DNA from: Thainema sp.
Lineage (GTDB): Bacteria; Cyanobacteriota; Cyanobacteriia; Phormidesmidales; Phormidesmidaceae
Length of the DNA: 19,374 nucleotides
NCBI GenBank assembly: GCA_052168235.1
Contig: JBQLZK010000012.1
Location: 108,138 to 127,511 of the forward strand
Reading direction: 5' to 3'
In this document: piece by piece, positions 15,192 through 19,374 of the stretch
Layout: the number at the start of each line of letters is the position of its first letter
Numbering within the stretch: position 1 is the first letter of the stretch
Notes under the pieces: model-generated
What the model was told of the DNA's origin: nothing
The model's database searches: none
What the model saw: only the letters and a program-made list of their open reading frames with translations
Made by a program: the position numbers and the translations under genes

Positions 15192-17909
15192 ATGCTTTTC
15201 CTATCTGTCCGATGTGCCTTCCTGGGACTAAGTAGTTTATTTGCAATGGCGATACCCAAAGCGGTATCTGCCCAAATTGTTCCAGATGCCACCTTGCCAA
15301 CAGATTCTGTAGTTGCTCCAGGCTGCACAATTTGTGAAATTACCGCAGGCACAGAGCAAGGTGGTAACTTGTTTCACAGCTTTAGTGAATTTTCAGTCCC
15401 ACCGGGTGGAGAAGCTTATTTCAATAATCCTGTAACTGTTGAAAATATCATTACGCGAGTTACGGGAAATAGCATTTCCGATATTGATGGATTGATTGCC
15501 GCTAATGATGCCAATGTATTTTTGATCAATCCCAATGGCGTATTCTTTGGGCCAGATGCGTTTCTTGATATTGGTGGCTCTTTCCTCGCTACAACGGCAG
15601 AACGAATGACGTTTGCTGATGGGACAGAATTTATTGCCAGCAGTACGCAAACAAATCCGTTGCTAACCGTCACGGCTCCCGTTGGTTTGGGATTTGGTGA
15701 TAATCCCGGCAACATTAGTGGAGATTTTGCTGCTTTGCTTGTTGATCCAGGTGAAACTTTGGCATTGATTGGTGGTGAAGTATCTCTAGCTGAGGTGTTT
15801 ATTGCTACCGAATCGGGCCGAGTAGAGTTAGGTGGAGTTGGTAGTAATAGTACAGTTAACTTGAATCTAAGCAATCCGGGAATTTTACTAGACTACACGG
15901 ATGTTCAAACGTTTCAAGATGTGACGCTCTCAGTTGCCACATTCATTGATGTCAGTGGCGAAGGCGGTGGAGATGTTCAGATTCAAGGACAAGCAGTCAA
16001 CTTAATTGAGGACTCATTCATTTACTCATTAGCACTAGGTGACCAAGCCAGCGGAATAATTGATATTGTTGCCTCAAAAGCTTTTTTAATGAGTGGAGAT
16101 AATACAGGCATTGCATCTGAAACAGGAGCAAATGGTTTTGCAGGAAATATAAATCTCACTGCTCCTAAAGTGCGTTTAGAAAATGGCGCATTTGTATCGT
16201 CGAACAGCTTTGCAGGTGGGCAGGCAGGCAGTATTACTGTAATCGCACCGCAAAGCCTTGAGTTAGTTGGAACAACATCAGACAATATATTTCAAACCCT
16301 TATCTCATCTGAATCACAAGATGCCAGGAATCAAAGTGGCTCTGTTTTTATTCAAACAGGACAGCTGATTATTCGAGAAGGAGCACAGATTTCAACAACG
16401 ACATTTGGTTCTAGTCAGGCAGGAAATTTAACAGTTATTGCAGATTCCATAGAATTGATTGGAACATCAGATTTGATTGGAGAGACAGATAATTACTTTT
16501 CAAGTGGGCTAGGTGCAGTCGTTAACTTCGGAGCTAGTGGTAATGGTGGAAATCTTAATGTTCAAACTGACCGTTTAATTGTGCGGGATGGGGCGCAAAT
16601 TGCGGTTAGTACGTTTGGGGACGGGAAGGCCGGAAACTTAGATGTCACCGCGACGGAATTTATTGATTTATCTGGTGCATCTGAGTTTGCCACGCTGGAT
16701 TTGGGTAGTAGTGGTTTATTTGTCTCGGCAGAGGTTGGTTCCACTGGAGATGGCGGCGATTTATTTGTGACAGCACCTCAACTGACGGTACGCGACGGAG
16801 CAAAGATTTCTGCTGATACATTTGGATCGGGGCGAGCTGGTTCAGCACGGCTAGAAATAGGACAGCTTTTGGTTGAGTCTGGGGGGCTAGTTCGGGCCGG
16901 ATCGTTTAACACAGGCGATGGCGGCACGCTGACGATTGAGGCATCAGAGCTGGTGCAGGTAACGGGGACTGGCTTTATTGGCCCTGATTTTGTCAACAGT
17001 TCGATTTTTACTGCCGCAGAAAGCTCTGGCAATGCAGGTAACTTATTTTTGACTGCACCGCAGCTTTTGGTGACAGATGGCGGACGAATTACCGTCAGTG
17101 CGCCAAACAGCGTTGCGGGAAACTTGACCGTGAATGCTGAAGATATCCGTCTCAATCAAGGGACGCTATCGGCTGTAACTGGGCTAAGCGCTGATGCCGC
17201 AGGTGGTGCAAACATCTTCCTGCGTGATATACAGCTACTCCTGTTGGAAAACGAAAGCCTGATATCAGCCAGTGCTTTAGAAGACGCTAATGGCGGCAAC
17301 ATTGATATTGAGGCGGAGTTTGTGATTGGTTTGACTCCTACAGGTGCAGACGGCAGCGATATTACGGCTAATGCTGTGCGCGGTAATGGTGGTGCAGTCA
17401 CCATCACGACAACGTTGCTGAGCGGTCTTGCATTTCGCCCAGAACTAACCCCTGAAAACGACATTACGGTAACGTCGCAGTTTGGTTTAGCCGGAACGTT
17501 TATCCAAAATGATCTAGACGTTGATCCAACGGAAGGGTTGGCTGAATTGCCTGCTAACGTCGTCGATCCGACTGGATTAATTGATCGCTCCTGTGATTTA
17601 GCGGCTCAAGAAAGGCCGAGTGAATTCATTGTCACAGGCCGAGGTGGCCTACCGCCAAATCCCAGCGATCGCAGTTTTACCAATCCGCTTCTAGACGATC
17701 TCGGCGAATGGAGCCAAACTGAATTAGTACCGTCAGACTCGTCAGCTTTACCTGATTCAGCCAACCCGACCTCAACATCGGAGGCTCCTCATTTACAGGA
17801 AGCTCAAGGCTGGATGCGCGATCGCAACGGCAGATTGCATCTAATCGCTTCGATCCCAACCGATACAAGAGTTGAACAATCTGTAGCGACTTGTACTGTG
17901 GCAAACTAA
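15192..17909 (+). CDS. Filamentous haemagglutinin N-terminal (TPS) domain protein, cyanobacterial TpsA-like
   Basis: Signal peptide ending AVSA-QIVPDATL; TPS motifs NLFHSFSEFS, NIITRVTG, FLINPNG, GGSFLATTA; beta-helix repeats G(N/D)GGxLxV...L.VRDGAxI...TFGxGxAG; C-terminal SDITA, FIVTGRGGLPPNP, EAQGW. Confidence 0.93.
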   Translation: MLFLSVRCAFLGLSSLFAMAIPKAVSAQIVPDATLPTDSVVAPGCTICEITAGTEQGGNLFHSFSEFSVPPGGEAYFNNPVTVENIITRVTGNSISDIDGLIAANDANVFLINPNGVFFGPDAFLDIGGSFLATTAERMTFADGTEFIASSTQTNPLLTVTAPVGLGFGDNPGNISGDFAALLVDPGETLALIGGEVSLAEVFIATESGRVELGGVGSNSTVNLNLSNPGILLDYTDVQTFQDVTLSVATFIDVSGEGGGDVQIQGQAVNLIEDSFIYSLALGDQASGIIDIVASKAFLMSGDNTGIASETGANGFAGNINLTAPKVRLENGAFVSSNSFAGGQAGSITVIAPQSLELVGTTSDNIFQTLISSESQDARNQSGSVFIQTGQLIIREGAQISTTTFGSSQAGNLTVIADSIELIGTSDLIGETDNYFSSGLGAVVNFGASGNGGNLNVQTDRLIVRDGAQIAVSTFGDGKAGNLDVTATEFIDLSGASEFATLDLGSSGLFVSAEVGSTGDGGDLFVTAPQLTVRDGAKISADTFGSGRAGSARLEIGQLLVESGGLVRAGSFNTGDGGTLTIEASELVQVTGTGFIGPDFVNSSIFTAAESSGNAGNLFLTAPQLLVTDGGRITVSAPNSVAGNLTVNAEDIRLNQGTLSAVTGLSADAAGGANIFLRDIQLLLLENESLISASALEDANGGNIDIEAEFVIGLTPTGADGSDITANAVRGNGGAVTITTTLLSGLAFRPELTPENDITVTSQFGLAGTFIQNDLDVDPTEGLAELPANVVDPTGLIDRSCDLAAQERPSEFIVTGRGGLPPNPSDRSFTNPLLDDLGEWSQTELVPSDSSALPDSANPTSTSEAPHLQEAQGWMRDRNGRLHLIASIPTDTRVEQSVATCTVAN

Positions 17910-17910
17910 C

Positions 17911-19167
17911 TCAAGCCGCAGGCCGCATCGCCACCGCTGCATAGCGCAGAGGCGATAGGTATCGCTGAGCTAGTTTTTGAAGATCATCGGCCTGGCAGGC
18001 GCGAATGTTTTCGGGATAGGCAACGGATAGTTCGGGGCGAGCAACCGTGCCGTAGTAGCCGTAGAGGCCAGCCAGTTGGCCTGCTGTTTCGGTGGAAAAG
18101 GCATAGTCATTGCACAGCAACCGATGTCCCCGTTTCAATTCGGCTTCGGACACGGGGGCATTGGCAAACTCATCAATGCGATCGCAAATAATTGCCTCAA
18201 CGATGTCTAGATCGGTGGCATCCAGCCAGGCGCTGAGGGTGAATAAGCTGGAATCCCGCTGGAGGGAAAAGCTGGTGTTGATATCTAATACTAACTGCCG
18301 TTCTTCTCGCAGCTCCTTGACCAGACGTGAAGTACGACCATCGGCCAGTAAAACAGAGATTAAATCTAAACCGCAGGCTTGATCTAGTTGCTCCACTCCT
18401 GGCCCCTGCCACGCCATCAGCAGCCGCGCATGCTCCAAGCGGGGCACCTCTAGCACCTGGCGACGAATACCCGTCATTGGCGGTTCGGCATCGGCCTGAC
18501 CGCGTGGACAAACGGCGGGTTCTACAAACGGATCAAAGGCTTGCTGCACCAAATCCAGCGCCTGATTGCGCTCGATGCCGCCCACGACGACGACCGTCAT
18601 GTGTTCGGGCTGATAGTGACACTGGTGAAAGCAGCGCATTTCCTCTGGAGATCGTTGCTGGAGAATATCTTCGGTACCTAAAACAGAGCGGCGATAGGGA
18701 TGCTGCTGATAGACCGTTTCGCTCAGGGTTTGAAAGCCTACCCAGTCCGGATCGTCATAGGCTTGGCGAATCTCCTCAAGCACCACATTGCGTTCACGAT
18801 CAAACTCATCGTCGGGAATCGCTGCATTCAGGAGCAGTTCCGCTAGGTACGGCAGTACCTCCGGCAGATGCTCACTGTACGAGACGACAAAGTAGTGAGC
18901 GTAGTCGTGGCTGGTAGCCGCGTTGGTAATGCCGCCCCTCGTTTCAATTACATAGTCAAACAGTCCGGGCGGGATGTGTGGCGTTCCCTTGAAAATCATG
19001 TGCTCTAGAAAGTGAGCCATGCCTGCCCATTCATCCGGTTCTGCGATCGCACCTGCTTTCACCCAAACATCCGTCACCACTACCGAGGTGGTCGGCACGT
19101 ACTGGTGAATCACCGTCAGGCCATTGCTGAGTTTAGAAATACTGGCAGGAAAAGTGGAAACAATCAA
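17911..19167 (-). CDS. M16B (pitrilysin-like) zinc peptidase, catalytic subunit
   Basis: GMAHFLEHMIFKGT (HxxEH), NAATS.DY, ERNVVLEE, HPY....LG, SRLVKELREERQLV. TTG start at 19167, with an in-frame TGA at 19177-19179. Confidence 0.95.
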   Translation of the reverse strand: MIVSTFPASISKLSNGLTVIHQYVPTTSVVVTDVWVKAGAIAEPDEWAGMAHFLEHMIFKGTPHIPPGLFDYVIETRGGITNAATSHDYAHYFVVSYSEHLPEVLPYLAELLLNAAIPDDEFDRERNVVLEEIRQAYDDPDWVGFQTLSETVYQQHPYRRSVLGTEDILQQRSPEEMRCFHQCHYQPEHMTVVVVGGIERNQALDLVQQAFDPFVEPAVCPRGQADAEPPMTGIRRQVLEVPRLEHARLLMAWQGPGVEQLDQACGLDLISVLLADGRTSRLVKELREERQLVLDINTSFSLQRDSSLFTLSAWLDATDLDIVEAIICDRIDEFANAPVSEAELKRGHRLLCNDYAFSTETAGQLAGLYGYYGTVARPELSVAYPENIRACQADDLQKLAQRYLSPLRYAAVAMRPAA

Positions 19168-19306
19168 AGCAGTTGTTCAGATCCAACGTAATCGTTTCGG
19201 TAGATAGATCCTATCGCTACTCGTCAATTTCGTATAGCAAAGTTTAGAGATGCTTTGGAACGTTGAAACGTTGAAACATGCACGTATTTAGCGTGGCACT
19301 CCGCTA

Positions 19307-19332
19307 GATCCCCCTAAATCCCCCTTAAAAAG
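19307..19332. repeat. Truncated cyanobacterial REP-like repeat
   Basis: gatccccctaaatcccccttaaaaag. I recall this as the first part of a dispersed palindrome that normally continues GGGGACTT; that arm is absent here. Confidence 0.45.
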
Positions 19333-19374
19333 CTAATCCTGTAGGGGTTTTGTACGAACCTATCAGAGAATCGC

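Larger units (their letters stand above)
1776..19050. repeat. HIP1 octamer GCGATCGC, dispersed (19 copies counted by eye)
   Basis: Starts at 1776, 2643, 2760, 3089, 6945, 8799, 9795, 9822, 10469, 11377, 11596, 12108, 13011, 13757, 13841, 17665, 17818, 18178, 19043. Confidence 0.9.

Noticed and set aside
18327..18917. 196-aa plus-strand ORF and other ORFs overlapping the M16 genes
   Set aside because: Antisense to a well-supported peptidase; Arg/Pro-rich shadow composition.
1..19374. CRISPR array, tRNA/rRNA, intact transposase or integrase
   Set aside because: No regularly spaced repeat-spacer array, cloverleaf or recombinase motifs seen; the long repeats are all protein-coding.

Overview
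Cyanobacterial chromosomal window. The evidence is about 19 HIP1 octamers GCGATCGC counted by eye, plus DUF29, sipA and a cyanobacterial-type PEP-CTERM gene. Left to right: a membrane-anchored TPR gene running off the left edge (missed by the ORF track), DUF29, moaA, and a ~1966-aa modular surface protein (EEIGH-motif N-terminal domain, Ig-like, lamin-tail, Calx-beta and FG-GAP-like repeats). Next come a FluG/NodGS-type glutamine-synthetase-like ligase, an FTR1 iron permease and sipA. The window ends with the two subunits of an M16B peptidase pair, split by a 4.3-kb opposite-strand block encoding a PEP-CTERM protein and an orphan TpsA/haemagglutinin-like protein. Best leads: (1) this PEP-CTERM + TpsA block and its repeat-rich promoter region; (2) 10-bp tandem repeats with an AAATAC core upstream of both surface-protein loci; (3) an 18/20 inverted repeat bracketing ftr1 that overlaps the purine-rich leader of both flanking genes; (4) the uncharacterised N-terminal module of the giant protein. 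No rRNA, tRNA, CRISPR array or intact transposase was seen. All family calls come from motif recognition, not database searches.
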